Shown one piece after another: positions 10,261 through 20,365 of a DNA stretch of 64,000 nt. The translations under genes were made by a program, and so were the position numbers. Numbering within the stretch: the stretch's first letter is position 1; the number at the start of each line of letters is the position of its first letter. The notes beneath the pieces are model-generated. The model did not search any database and had not been told where the DNA came from. It worked only from the letters and a program-made list of their open reading frames with translations. The stretch is from an uncultured cyanobacterium (lineage in GTDB: Bacteria; Cyanobacteriota; Cyanobacteriia; Cyanobacteriales; Nostocaceae), in the NCBI GenBank assembly GCA_963706595.1, contig OY970166.1:5024001-5088000 (forward strand), read 5' to 3'.

Positions 10261-11409
10261 TCAATCCACAGCAAAAATTTGACAATCAACAAGATAAGGG
10301 GAATTGAAACTAGTCATTTCCCCAGCTTTTTTATTTAGAATCGGAAATAATCTCGCCGATAGAGGCTTATTCAACTTAATAGCTAAAGTAGACAAATCGA
10401 TTAATATAGCAGCAATCTTGTCAACCGTAATATCACCGGGAATTGGAACCGTATCCAGCCCACAGCCACAAACAGCCGAATATAATAATAAATGAGTAAG
10501 ATCATAAGTTTGCTCATTAGCCCTAGTAGCTAGACCAACATCTTCGCATACAGGAAGCATCAAACCAGAATAACCGCAAATTTTCACAGAAACATTTTTT
10601 AAGACACGAGTCAACATCCCCGAAATAGCTAAAGTTCCTGGATGTCCAAACTTACCAGACATAATTTTTTCATAAGCAAAAGCAATACTATTTTCTTGAT
10701 CTAAAGATGGTGCTAGAGATGTATCAATCCCGTTGTATTTTACAGCCAATTTGGTAGATATTTCTTCAGCAATCTTGGCGATTTTGATTAATTCTGTTTC
10801 TAAAATTGACTGTAATTCTGTTTCTGCTGATTGCATATTATCAGCTTGGCAAAATGCTTGAGTTACTAATTCACCCAATTCTAAACCAATACCAAAAGAT
10901 GTTTCACCGATATGATATGCTGTAGGAAAGAATGGGATTCCTGGCTGGCAGTTTGCCCATGCACAATAGCGAAAGTTACCATAGCCATTTTCAGTTTCTT
11001 GGGAAATGCGTTTGATACTTTTAGCTGATTCCCAGGCATTTTTAAAGTTGATACCTGTTTCTTGATTACCCAATTGGCTGGAACAGTAAATAATTGATGT
11101 ATTATTAATAATTTCGGGAATTAAAGCTATGGTTTCCGGTTTGTTTGCATAGCCAATATTGAAAAAGCTGATATCTAGACTTTGACAGATTTTTTCTAAT
11201 GTTTGAATTTCGTGAAGAATATCAATATTTGATAAGTTTAATAAATATTCTTCCCATGAGTTGGTGGTAATTCTAGTTGTTTGAACTTCATATCCTTGTT
11301 GTGTAAAAATTTCCGTTGCTTGTTGGTTAAATTCATGGGCTTGTTTGATTTTATCGATGCTTTGGGGAGATGTAAGTGTGAGTCCTGTGGTGATGGTTCT
11401 AATTTTCAT
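10261..11409 (-). CDS. DUF711 (UPF0210-like) family protein
   Basis: MKIRTIT start, PFFP, GYSGLMLPVCED, SAVCGCGLDTVPIPGD, KPLSARL. Confidence 0.8.
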   Translation of the reverse strand: MKIRTITTGLTLTSPQSIDKIKQAHEFNQQATEIFTQQGYEVQTTRITTNSWEEYLLNLSNIDILHEIQTLEKICQSLDISFFNIGYANKPETIALIPEIINNTSIIYCSSQLGNQETGINFKNAWESAKSIKRISQETENGYGNFRYCAWANCQPGIPFFPTAYHIGETSFGIGLELGELVTQAFCQADNMQSAETELQSILETELIKIAKIAEEISTKLAVKYNGIDTSLAPSLDQENSIAFAYEKIMSGKFGHPGTLAISGMLTRVLKNVSVKICGYSGLMLPVCEDVGLATRANEQTYDLTHLLLYSAVCGCGLDTVPIPGDITVDKIAAILIDLSTLAIKLNKPLSARLFPILNKKAGEMTSFNSPYLVDCQIFAVD

Positions 11410-11510
11410 TTTTTATCTAACCGCCAAGTACGCCAAGACGCAGAGAGAGGAAATAAATTGCAATTTGGGAATTAGCTAAATTTACGCTGAATATTTAATA
11501 TAGATATGGG

Positions 11511-12800
11511 ATGTCTATCTGGTTGTTAACTATGAGTGACGAATTTTATCAACGGGGACTAAAAAAAGCTAAGGAAAAAGATTACGCTGGCGCTATTGAG
11601 GAATTTAGCAATTCTTTACAATGGACACCTTATTTTGCTGATGCTTTTTTACAACGGGGTTTGGCTTATTATCACTCAGGGAATATTCACCAATCTGTTT
11701 CTGATTATACAGAAGCGGTGCGGTTGAATCCTGGAAGTATGGATGCGTATTATTGTCGGGGTTTGGCTAGGGTAGAACTGAAAAATTTACCGGGGGCTTT
11801 GCATGATGTGGACATTGCAATTCGCCTCAATTATCATTATGCACCTGCTTATAATCTGCGGGGGATAATCCGGCGGAAACAGGGTTTTATTCCCGATGCG
11901 ATCGCCAGCTTTAAAAAAGCCGCAGAATTATATTTAGCACAAAAGGATGCAGAAAGTTGTCGTCTGTGTATGGAAAATATTAGACAGTTACAACCAAAAC
12001 CAAAACCTGTTGTCCAGTCAAGTAGTTCTACTAATACGCCAATCTTATCGACAAAGGCATATTTTACCCAGCTATTAGAAAAAGCCGAAACAGGAAATAC
12101 CCGTGAGGCGATCGCGGATGTAAACTGGATATTAAAAGCTGATCCGCAAGATGCCCAAGCTTATTGCTGTCGTGGAATAATCCACTGCAAACTGGGAAAA
12201 TATCAAGATGCGATCGCAGATTTTAATCAAGCGTTATCTCTCAATTTTACAGACGTGGCTGTTTATCGTAATCGTGGTAAAGCCCGTTCACTTTTAGGCG
12301 ATAATCCAGGCGCGATCGCAGATTTTAATCAAGCTATCAAAATTCAACCCCAGGATGCTTTAGTATATACCGCCAGAGGTAACGCCTACAGGAAATCAGG
12401 GAATTATTTGGATGCCATTCAAGATTATAGCCAAGCCCTACAAATTAATCCCCATGATGCTCAAGCTTACTACAATCGTGGCATTGCCTATACTTGTTTA
12501 GAAGAAATGCAAAATGCTGTTGCAGATTATCAAAAAGCTGCGAGTATTTTTTGTGAAAAAGAAGATTGGGAAAATTACCATCAAGCCTTAAATAGTTTAA
12601 AAAATATCCAAACATCAAGCCCTGAGTCAAAGAAGCAAAACTATAATTTATTGCGTCAAAAACTATTACGAATGGTGGGAGGATATTGGGATATAGCCCA
12701 AAGATTAATTGATCAACAACAAGAATACAAGCCGGGGATGTCAGACGAATGGTATTTACAAAAAGTCATCGCTGATTTAGAGCGCGATCGCGGTCGGTAA
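11511..12800 (+). CDS. tetratricopeptide repeat protein
   Basis: Multiple 34-aa TPRs (AYYNRG...AIADFNQA). Confidence 0.9.
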   Translation: MSIWLLTMSDEFYQRGLKKAKEKDYAGAIEEFSNSLQWTPYFADAFLQRGLAYYHSGNIHQSVSDYTEAVRLNPGSMDAYYCRGLARVELKNLPGALHDVDIAIRLNYHYAPAYNLRGIIRRKQGFIPDAIASFKKAAELYLAQKDAESCRLCMENIRQLQPKPKPVVQSSSSTNTPILSTKAYFTQLLEKAETGNTREAIADVNWILKADPQDAQAYCCRGIIHCKLGKYQDAIADFNQALSLNFTDVAVYRNRGKARSLLGDNPGAIADFNQAIKIQPQDALVYTARGNAYRKSGNYLDAIQDYSQALQINPHDAQAYYNRGIAYTCLEEMQNAVADYQKAASIFCEKEDWENYHQALNSLKNIQTSSPESKKQNYNLLRQKLLRMVGGYWDIAQRLIDQQQEYKPGMSDEWYLQKVIADLERDRGR

Positions 12801-12825
12801 AACCAGTACAATTGTCATACAAGTT

Positions 12826-13629
12826 TCAGTTCTCAGTATTCTCCTGTGCAGCAATTCGGACAACTTCTACATCAACATTGAGTTGTTGAGCAATTTGTTC
12901 TATACTCATCCCTGTTTTTAGTAACAATGGGACAGTTGCTTTCAATATCTCAGTCTCTCGTTCCAAGCGCCCCTCAGTTTTTGCGTCTTGATAAACTCTT
13001 GTTTCCTCTAAACTCAATCCCAGCATGGCTTCCACTTCCTCTCTACTCAACGAAGAAAACTTATAAACGGCAATTGTGGTAATAATATCTATGATTTCGT
13101 TTTTTAGCAGTGCATCCCTTGACTCTAATTGTACCCGCTCAATTAATTGTTTGGCTTGCTCTGCGATGCCTTTTTCTGAGGCAATGGTCAACTGCATTAA
13201 ATTGATACCTATTGACTGCTGATTGCGAGTACCTAACTCATCCAAATAAATTCGCTGTACTTGGTTGCTACTTAAAAACATTCTATGGGTTCTAGTATCG
13301 CTGGGTTCCAAGCTGCGTGATGGAAAAATTACCACACAATACCAGTCATCGTATTGAGACTGATTCCGGTTCAAATACATCAGCGACTCAGTAAAGAAAC
13401 GATGATACAAAGTTTCATCTCTCTGAAATTGGACTTCAGCAAATACGATAATTCTCGGTTTTGCATCCTCTGGAGGTAAAAAGACTCCATCAATACGAAA
13501 GGTGGTTTCTTTCACTTCAACAGATTCAAATCGATAGTTATGCGCCTGTTCAGTTCGGTAATCAATGAGTTCAAATATTAAAGCCGGAAAGCGTTTAAAA
13601 ATTTGATAATAAATGGAATCGCGTTTCAC
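12826..13629 (-). CDS. Rpn family recombination-promoting nuclease (DUF2887-type)
   Basis: KRDSIYYQIF, SVEVKETTFRIDGVF, FAEVQFQ PD-(D/E)xK-like core, ETRVYQDAK; GTG start assumed. Confidence 0.85.
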   Translation of the reverse strand: MKRDSIYYQIFKRFPALIFELIDYRTEQAHNYRFESVEVKETTFRIDGVFLPPEDAKPRIIVFAEVQFQRDETLYHRFFTESLMYLNRNQSQYDDWYCVVIFPSRSLEPSDTRTHRMFLSSNQVQRIYLDELGTRNQQSIGINLMQLTIASEKGIAEQAKQLIERVQLESRDALLKNEIIDIITTIAVYKFSSLSREEVEAMLGLSLEETRVYQDAKTEGRLERETEILKATVPLLLKTGMSIEQIAQQLNVDVEVVRIAAQENTEN

Positions 13630-13718
13630 GAAAATATGATCATAAGCTGAGTATTCAGTATTGATTGTATCATCTTTCAATCATTAGAGGGTGATTTAGC
13701 GGTATCTTTGGGAATGAA

Positions 13719-13856
13719 ATCATGTCCGTTTAATTAGTTACGATTACCACAATCATCTCACCCCACCCCCAACCCCTCCCCGCAAGCGAGGAGGGGAGAT
13801 AAAGCAAAGGTTTGGGAGGTTTTCGCGTTTCATAAGTATTCAACCGGACTTGAGAT
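13719..13856. mobile_element. ~140-bp MITE, copy 1
   Basis: Ends ATCATGTCCG / CGGACTTGA; inverted near-identical copy at 27884-28023; internal CCCTCCCCGCAAGCGAGGAGGG hairpin. Confidence 0.8.
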
Positions 13857-13946
13857 GAAATCAGTTAAACCCGCCAGCAGCCTACTGAGGCAAATGGCGG
13901 GTCTGTGGATGGGTTTAATGCAGTGCTACTAATACAGCAAATCACC

Positions 13947-13979
13947 AATTACGAATTACGAATTACGAATTACGAATTA
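13947..13979. repeat. STRR (AATTACG)4
   Basis: Abuts the NDH-2 stop codon. Confidence 0.9.
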
Positions 13980-15338
13980 AAGCTTAACTGGTTCCTTCTT
14001 TTCTGGAGTCTGGTAAGCACTGCTATTGTCAACGCTTTGTGCTTCTACAAAAGCTTCGCGACCTGTAATCAATCTAGAACGACGATTACGAGTAATATAA
14101 TTCCACGCCCACTGAATTACTACTACTACTTTAGTGTCGAATTCAATTAAGAAGTAGATGTGAATTAATAACCAAAATACCCAAGCAATAAAACCTTTGA
14201 GTTTGATTAAGCCTAAATCTACAACAGCTAAATTTTGCCCAATCATCGCCAAACTACCCACATCGTTGTAATTAAATTGTGGCAAAGTCTGATTTTTCAT
14301 CCGTTTTTGAATGAGTTTAGCTACATACTCTCCTTGTTGTTTGGCTACAGGTGCAACACCAGGTAAGGGTTGACCATTTTGATGGGAGAAGTTGGCTAAA
14401 TCTCCCACTACGAAAATGTTTTTATAACCCTTGATAGTCAAGTCCGGTTCTACCATCACACGTCCGGCGTGATCGCATTCTACATCTGTCGTGTGTTCTA
14501 GGACTTTCCCCATTGTTGAAGCTTTTACACCTGCTGCCCACAATATAGTTTTTGAGGCAACTTCTTTGACTTCACCGCCTTCCTTGAAAGTAACAATGTT
14601 ATTTTCAATATTTGTGACTCTGGCTTTAGTGTGGACTTCCACACCCAAGGATTCCAAAGCTTCTGCTGCTGCTTGCGATAAGTCTGGCGAAATATATGGG
14701 AGAATGCGATCGCGCCCTTGCAATATTAAAATTCTCGTTTCTGAGGTGCTGATATTGCGGAAATCTTCGTGGAGAGTTTTGTATGCCAACTCGGCGATCG
14801 CACCTGCTAATTCTACACCAGTAGGACCTGCTCCCACAACCACAAAAGTCAGCAAAGCCCGGCGTTTTTCAGGATCATTTTCTTTTTCTGCGGCTTCAAA
14901 TGCTGAAAATATCCGGCGACGTATTTCTATGGCATCTTCAACAGTTTTCAAGCCGGGAGCATATTCTTTCCATTCATCCTTACCAAAATAGGAATGGTTA
15001 GCACCTGTGGCGACAATTAATGTATCGTAAGGTATTACTTTATCATCCAAAATAACTTGTTGCGCTTTGGGATCAATATTATTTACCTCTCCCAATAACA
15101 CTCGTGTATTCTTGCTTTTTCTCAGTACAGATCGTAATGGTGAGGAAATATCAGCAGGTGATAGCGTCCCTGTGGCAACTTGATATAAAAGCGGCTGAAA
15201 TAGGTGAAAGTTACGTTTATCGATCAGAGTAATATTTACATTCGCTTTAGCAAGAGTCTTTGCTGTATACAATCCACCAAAGCCACCACCAACGATGACA
15301 ACCTTATGTGGTGCATTATTCTCAAGTGACGCTACCAT
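13977..15338 (-). CDS. type II NADH dehydrogenase (NDH-2)
   Basis: GGGFGG and GAGPTGVELAG dinucleotide motifs, FQPLLYQVATG; start placed at MVASLE. Confidence 0.9.
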   Translation of the reverse strand: MVASLENNAPHKVVIVGGGFGGLYTAKTLAKANVNITLIDKRNFHLFQPLLYQVATGTLSPADISSPLRSVLRKSKNTRVLLGEVNNIDPKAQQVILDDKVIPYDTLIVATGANHSYFGKDEWKEYAPGLKTVEDAIEIRRRIFSAFEAAEKENDPEKRRALLTFVVVGAGPTGVELAGAIAELAYKTLHEDFRNISTSETRILILQGRDRILPYISPDLSQAAAEALESLGVEVHTKARVTNIENNIVTFKEGGEVKEVASKTILWAAGVKASTMGKVLEHTTDVECDHAGRVMVEPDLTIKGYKNIFVVGDLANFSHQNGQPLPGVAPVAKQQGEYVAKLIQKRMKNQTLPQFNYNDVGSLAMIGQNLAVVDLGLIKLKGFIAWVFWLLIHIYFLIEFDTKVVVVIQWAWNYITRNRRSRLITGREAFVEAQSVDNSSAYQTPEKKEPVKL

Positions 15339-15470
15339 AATAAATATTTCCTGTGTTAAGACGTTTGTAACTATTCTTAACAAGAATCTAACAAAACTAT
15401 GGTATGTGTTGCGGTCTATTGAGAACATTTGAAAAAATCATGAAAGTAGCCAAAGTTATTGTTAAGAAGA

Positions 15471-18110
15471 TTAATCCATATTTTGCAACCCCATCGCAAT
15501 CTTACTGTGTTTTTCAATCTGCCCCATGACTTGTTTTGCGCGTTGAATTACCACATCTGGTAAACCCGCCAAACGTCCCGCTTCAATACCATAGGATTTA
15601 TCCGCACCACCCGGTTGAACTTGGTGTAGAAAAATAATTCTGTCGGGTAATTCCTTCACAGTCACCTGATAATTAGCTACATTCGGGAGAATACTAGCCA
15701 ACTCATTTAACTCATGATAGTGAGTCGCAAAAATTGTCCGCGCCCGAATATCCACAGCTATATATTCTGCAACCGCCCAAGCAATAGAAAGACCATCAAA
15801 AGTTGCTGTCCCACGGCCAATTTCATCTAACAATACTAAAGATTTGGCAGTAGCATGATTGAGTATATTTGCTGTTTCATTCATCTCCACCATAAAGGTA
15901 GATTGACCCGTAGCTAAATCATCCACAGCACCTACACGAGTAAAAATGCGATCGCACACACCCAACCTCGCCAACCGCGCCGGCACAAAACTACCAATTT
16001 GCGCCATCAACTGAATCAACCCCACCTGACGCAAATAACAACTCTTACCACTCGCATTTGGCCCAGTCAGAATTACTAAATCGGGGAGTGGGGAGTGGGG
16101 AGTGGGGAGTGGGGTATTTTCTGCTTCAGGGAGTGGGGAGTGGGGAGTGGGGAGTGGGGTATTTTCTGCTTCACTACTCCCTAATTGCGTGGAATTCGGC
16201 ACAAAAAAGCCCGCAGGTAAAGACTGTTCCACCACCGGATGACGACCATCCACAATCATAATTTCTCGTCCCTCAACCATTTCAGGACGACAATAGCCTT
16301 GCTGTACAGCCAATTCAGCCAAACCACACAACACATCAGCCGCAGCTACAGCACGAGAAATATTGCGAATAATTTCCGCCTGTTCTCCGACCTCTTCCCG
16401 TAACTCCACAAAAATCTCATATTCCAACTGATTTAAATCATCCCGCGCTGTGAGAATCCGTGCTTCCCGTTCTTTCAACTCTGGGGTGATGTAACGTTCT
16501 TCATTAGTTAAAGTTTGCTTACGGATGTAATTCTCAGGTACTTGGTCAGATTTAGAACGAGAAATACTAATATAGTAACCAAAGGTTTTATTAAATCCTA
16601 CCTTTAAGTTGGGGATACCAGTTTTTGCCCGTTCATCAACTTCTAAATTAGCAATCCATTGTTGGTCTGATTCTACAGTGGCTTTTCGCTCATCCAACAT
16701 GGGATTCATCCCTGCACGAATTAAACCACCTTCTTTAATGTGTATGGGTGGTGATTCTACCAAATGGGCGTGTAACTTTTGTGCCAGTTCTGATAGTTCT
16801 ACCGGGACTCTCTGCAAAGCTTTCAGGAAAGGCGATCGCGCATTGATCACCAAGTGGGATAATTGCGGTAAGCGTGACAGCGAATCAGCCAAAGCGACTA
16901 AATCTTTAGCGTTAGCAGTTCCAGAACCAGCCCTTCCCGTCAGCCGTTCTAAATCGTAAATTTGCCGTAATAACTGCCGCAAATCTTGACGCAGAGGTGT
17001 ATTTTCCATCAACTCTTGGATGGTATTTTGACGCGCCCCAATGCCTTTAGTATCAATTAGCGGTTGTAATAACCAGCGCCGCAACGCCCGCCCACCCATC
17101 GCTGTGCTACTTCTATCTAATGCCCACAGCAGGGAACCGTGAAATGTGCCATCCCGGACTGTTTGCGTAATTTCCAAGTTACGGCGAGTTTGATTATCAA
17201 CAATTAAATAATCAGTAATTGTATATGTGCGTAACCTTTGCAGGAAAACGGGGTTGACTCTTTGCATATCTTCCACATATTCCAGCAGACCACCAGCCGC
17301 CCGCACAGCTAAGGGAAGATGATCACAACCGAGTCCTTCAAGCGATCGCACTTTGAATTTTTCTAATAATTTCGGTCTTGCTTCACCTTGGGAAAAAGGA
17401 AGTTGCGATCGCAAGCTATAACAAAATGATGGTGGTAGACATTGGGGAAGATGGGGCGAAGTTTCTCCTGGACGCAACAAGCTACCCAAATCAGGGGCGT
17501 TTGTGGGAACTACCACCTCGGAAGGTTGCAACCGCATTAACTCCTGAGTCAGGTGTTCTAAATCACTACCTTGAGTTGTGAGAAATTCCCCTGTAGAGAT
17601 ATCTGCATAAGCCAAGCCCCAATGATTCACCGCAATTACCACAGCCGCAAGGTAATTATTACGACTGGATTTTAACATTCCCTCTTCTAGCAAAGTCCCT
17701 GGTGTGAGGATGCGGGTAACTTCGCGCTTAACTAAACCGACTGCTTCCGATGCGTCTTCTACTTGGTCGCATATTACCACCGCATAGCCTTTTTCCACCA
17801 ATTGGGTTGTGTAGCGTTCCCAAGCGTGATGGGGTACACCAGTCATGGCTACGCGACCAACTTCGCCACCGTGTTTACTGGTGAGAACAAGTTCCAATTC
17901 TCTGGAGACAGTCACAGCGTCTTGGAAAAAAGTTTCAAAAAAATCTCCTACCCGATATAGCAGCAAAGCGTGAGGATGTTTATCCTTAACTTCCACATAA
18001 TGCTGGTACATCTTACTCAGCTTGCTGCGGTCTACCAATTGAGTATCCACATGAGGCGCAGCAGGGATGTTGGGTTCCGTTGGTTGAGTTTCAGATTGAG
18101 AAGCAGTCAT
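15471..18110 (-). CDS. mutS: DNA mismatch repair protein MutS
   Basis: GDFFETF mismatch-binding motif, [31 protein letters not shown]. Confidence 0.98.
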   Translation of the reverse strand: MTASQSETQPTEPNIPAAPHVDTQLVDRSKLSKMYQHYVEVKDKHPHALLLYRVGDFFETFFQDAVTVSRELELVLTSKHGGEVGRVAMTGVPHHAWERYTTQLVEKGYAVVICDQVEDASEAVGLVKREVTRILTPGTLLEEGMLKSSRNNYLAAVVIAVNHWGLAYADISTGEFLTTQGSDLEHLTQELMRLQPSEVVVPTNAPDLGSLLRPGETSPHLPQCLPPSFCYSLRSQLPFSQGEARPKLLEKFKVRSLEGLGCDHLPLAVRAAGGLLEYVEDMQRVNPVFLQRLRTYTITDYLIVDNQTRRNLEITQTVRDGTFHGSLLWALDRSSTAMGGRALRRWLLQPLIDTKGIGARQNTIQELMENTPLRQDLRQLLRQIYDLERLTGRAGSGTANAKDLVALADSLSRLPQLSHLVINARSPFLKALQRVPVELSELAQKLHAHLVESPPIHIKEGGLIRAGMNPMLDERKATVESDQQWIANLEVDERAKTGIPNLKVGFNKTFGYYISISRSKSDQVPENYIRKQTLTNEERYITPELKEREARILTARDDLNQLEYEIFVELREEVGEQAEIIRNISRAVAAADVLCGLAELAVQQGYCRPEMVEGREIMIVDGRHPVVEQSLPAGFFVPNSTQLGSSEAENTPLPTPHSPLPEAENTPLPTPHSPLPDLVILTGPNASGKSCYLRQVGLIQLMAQIGSFVPARLARLGVCDRIFTRVGAVDDLATGQSTFMVEMNETANILNHATAKSLVLLDEIGRGTATFDGLSIAWAVAEYIAVDIRARTIFATHYHELNELASILPNVANYQVTVKELPDRIIFLHQVQPGGADKSYGIEAGRLAGLPDVVIQRAKQVMGQIEKHSKIAMGLQNMD
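16084..16173. repeat. 2 x 45-bp in-frame duplication built from (GGGAGTG)n STRR inside mutS
   Basis: Encodes [15 protein letters not shown] twice, just before Walker A. Confidence 0.92.
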
Positions 18111-18136
18111 AATGCTAGGGGTGATGCACGGAGATT

Positions 18137-18198
18137 CCACAATACCTGATGATAGCGTGATGTGGGGGTGAGTAGGCGATCGCTCAAACTTTTGTCAT
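18137..18198. repeat. ~62-bp direct repeat, left copy (contains HIP1)
   Basis: Matches 20303-20365. Confidence 0.88.
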
Positions 18199-18209
18199 GG
18201 TTTCTGTTA

Positions 18210-18398
18210 AGAGGTTGTTTGAAAAGTCTAATTTATGACTAACTTGGCGACTAGAAGTCGCGGCTACACGGACGAAACCCGCCTGCGCGGGTTAATTTTT
18301 CATCAGTCCACGCAGGTGGACGTTGCTTGTGTAGTAGCGTATCGCTAACGCGAAGCGTAGCCATATTATATTCGCCCAAAACTTCTCAAACATCCTCT
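18210..18398. mobile_element. ~190-bp MITE
   Basis: TIRs AGAGGTTGTTTGAAAAGT / ACTTCTCAAACATCCTCT with several internal hairpins. Confidence 0.75.
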
Positions 18399-18970
18399 AA
18401 AGTCGTGAACAGGCGATCGCAGTATGGCGAAGCTTTGCGAATTATAGCCACATCTAGCAATTCCAAAAGCTTAGAGGCGTGTTTAATTTTGTGATACTCA
18501 GCCTTGCTAGTTTTACGCGTAGCAGCTTTGAGAATGCGTTCTAGATTTTGTTTATCAATTGTCTCCACATTTAAAGTTTTAGGAATGGCATTTTCTAGAA
18601 AATCCTTACCGTAAAATGTCTTTAGAGTTTCAATATCAGCAATAAACCAAGCCTCCATTGTTTGAACCATCAAATGACAGTGACTATCGTCAACTTCTGA
18701 AGGTTTATCCCAGTTATCCCTAAACTTCAAATGTCCCCAAGGAGAATTTATGGTTACAGGTGCTTCTGCGTCTACCAGCAAAATATTAAAAGCATTTGGA
18801 TAAGATTTTAAAGCATTTCTAAAATCACGAAAAGCATTATTACGAGAACCACAAATAGTAATATTCAATTTAAATTGTTTGAGAAATTGACTAAATCCTT
18901 TCCTAATCAAAGCTTTCGTATTTTTACCATCACCACCACCCTCTATATAAATCCGAATTTCTTTTACCAT
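18386..18970 (-). CDS. DUF4276-type TOPRIM-like protein
   Basis: IYIEGGG, LLVDAEA, MVQTMEAWFIAD and YHKIKHA motifs; overlaps the stop of the upstream ATPase. Confidence 0.75.
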   Translation of the reverse strand: MVKEIRIYIEGGGDGKNTKALIRKGFSQFLKQFKLNITICGSRNNAFRDFRNALKSYPNAFNILLVDAEAPVTINSPWGHLKFRDNWDKPSEVDDSHCHLMVQTMEAWFIADIETLKTFYGKDFLENAIPKTLNVETIDKQNLERILKAATRKTSKAEYHKIKHASKLLELLDVAIIRKASPYCDRLFTTLEDV

Positions 18971-20169
18971 CGATTCCCCCCAATTTCACCCATCCGCCAA
19001 AGGTCGCCGAGAGTATAATTTTCTAGCCAATCTTTCAGTTTATCAGGTTCCAGGCGGCGGAGGTGAGACCCTTTTTCATCTCGTTCACAAACTATTACTG
19101 ATTCGGGATATTCACTCAAAGCAGAAACTAAAGCATCAGAATGAGTTGTCACTATTAATTGTGTTCTCTGCGATGCTTCAATTAGCATTTCTGCAATAGT
19201 TGGTAAAATATCTGGATGTAAACCAATTTCTGGTTCTTCAAGACAAATAAGTGATGGTGGAGTGGGGTCAAGTAATAAAGCCATTAAAAATAAATAACGG
19301 AGTGTACCATCAGATAGCCGATTTGCAGGAATTGGTTGAATAAAACCCTCTTCACGAATAAATATCTGTACTGTACCGCCATATACTCTTACATTCAGTT
19401 CTTCTGCATTTGTATAAAACTTTTGAAGCTGTTCAGTAATTTTTCTACTACCTATTTGATGTTGTAAGTTATTTAAGACTAACCCAATATTACTTCCATC
19501 TTCCAAGAGGGGATATACAGGAAGGTCAGCTTGTTGAGGTCTACGGGGTTGGCAATTACGACCTATTGGTAAGTCTCTATACATAAGTATCCAGAGTAAT
19601 TTATGACGAAGGGATGTTATCTCTGGATATTTACGCACATCTTGCAATTGTGACAAAATTGACTGATTTGCTTGAAGCATTCCAGAATCCCAGACTTCTT
19701 CATGAATTGTTTCTATCCCTGAATCATTTCTTTCTCTAATTGTAGAAACTATTTTGCCCTTATTATTAAAGCGATAGAAGAAAAATACATCACTCTCATC
19801 TGAAGAGGGTTTTTCATTTTCTATAGATTCATCCACTAGAGAAAAATTTTGATAAAGTTCACCAAACTTCAATTTATAACGTATATTTTGTGAACTTTCT
19901 AAAGTTAATACAACCTCAATTTCTGCTTCAGAAGTATTCTTTTCACCTTTCCAGAGATAATCAAAAATACCCCCACCGTAACGTATAGCAGCTTGTAAAT
20001 CTCCTGGCGCTGCGCGTAAAATTCCAATTGCCTCTATTAAATTTGATTTACCAGAAGTGTTAGCGCCAATTAAAACATTTAGCGGTTCTAGTTCAATTTC
20101 TTCACCTTCATTACCATAGGAAAGGAAATTTTTTAACCTAATGTTATGAATGAATCTTTTGCCTTCCAC
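18964..20169 (-). CDS. ABC/SMC-like AAA ATPase (AAA_15/AAA_21 type)
   Basis: Walker A GANTSGKS, signature LSDGT, Walker B ICLEEPE, H-loop TTHS. Confidence 0.9.
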   Translation of the reverse strand: MEGKRFIHNIRLKNFLSYGNEGEEIELEPLNVLIGANTSGKSNLIEAIGILRAAPGDLQAAIRYGGGIFDYLWKGEKNTSEAEIEVVLTLESSQNIRYKLKFGELYQNFSLVDESIENEKPSSDESDVFFFYRFNNKGKIVSTIRERNDSGIETIHEEVWDSGMLQANQSILSQLQDVRKYPEITSLRHKLLWILMYRDLPIGRNCQPRRPQQADLPVYPLLEDGSNIGLVLNNLQHQIGSRKITEQLQKFYTNAEELNVRVYGGTVQIFIREEGFIQPIPANRLSDGTLRYLFLMALLLDPTPPSLICLEEPEIGLHPDILPTIAEMLIEASQRTQLIVTTHSDALVSALSEYPESVIVCERDEKGSHLRRLEPDKLKDWLENYTLGDLWRMGEIGGNRW

Positions 20170-20302
20170 TTGATTCTCCTAGTTGCTTAATTATCTAAAT
20201 TTTATGAGTTTTATTTGCTTTTACTCTCAGTTACCCAATAGAATTTGATCGGAGTTTCAGAGTGAGAATCAGTCACATCCTCTCAGATTGATACATAAAA
20301 AG

Positions 20303-20365
20303 CCACAATATCTCATGATAGCGTGATGTGGAGATTTAAGAGGCGATCGCTCAAACTTTTGTCAT
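20303..20365. repeat. ~62-bp direct repeat, right copy (contains HIP1)
   Basis: Matches 18137-18198. Confidence 0.88.
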
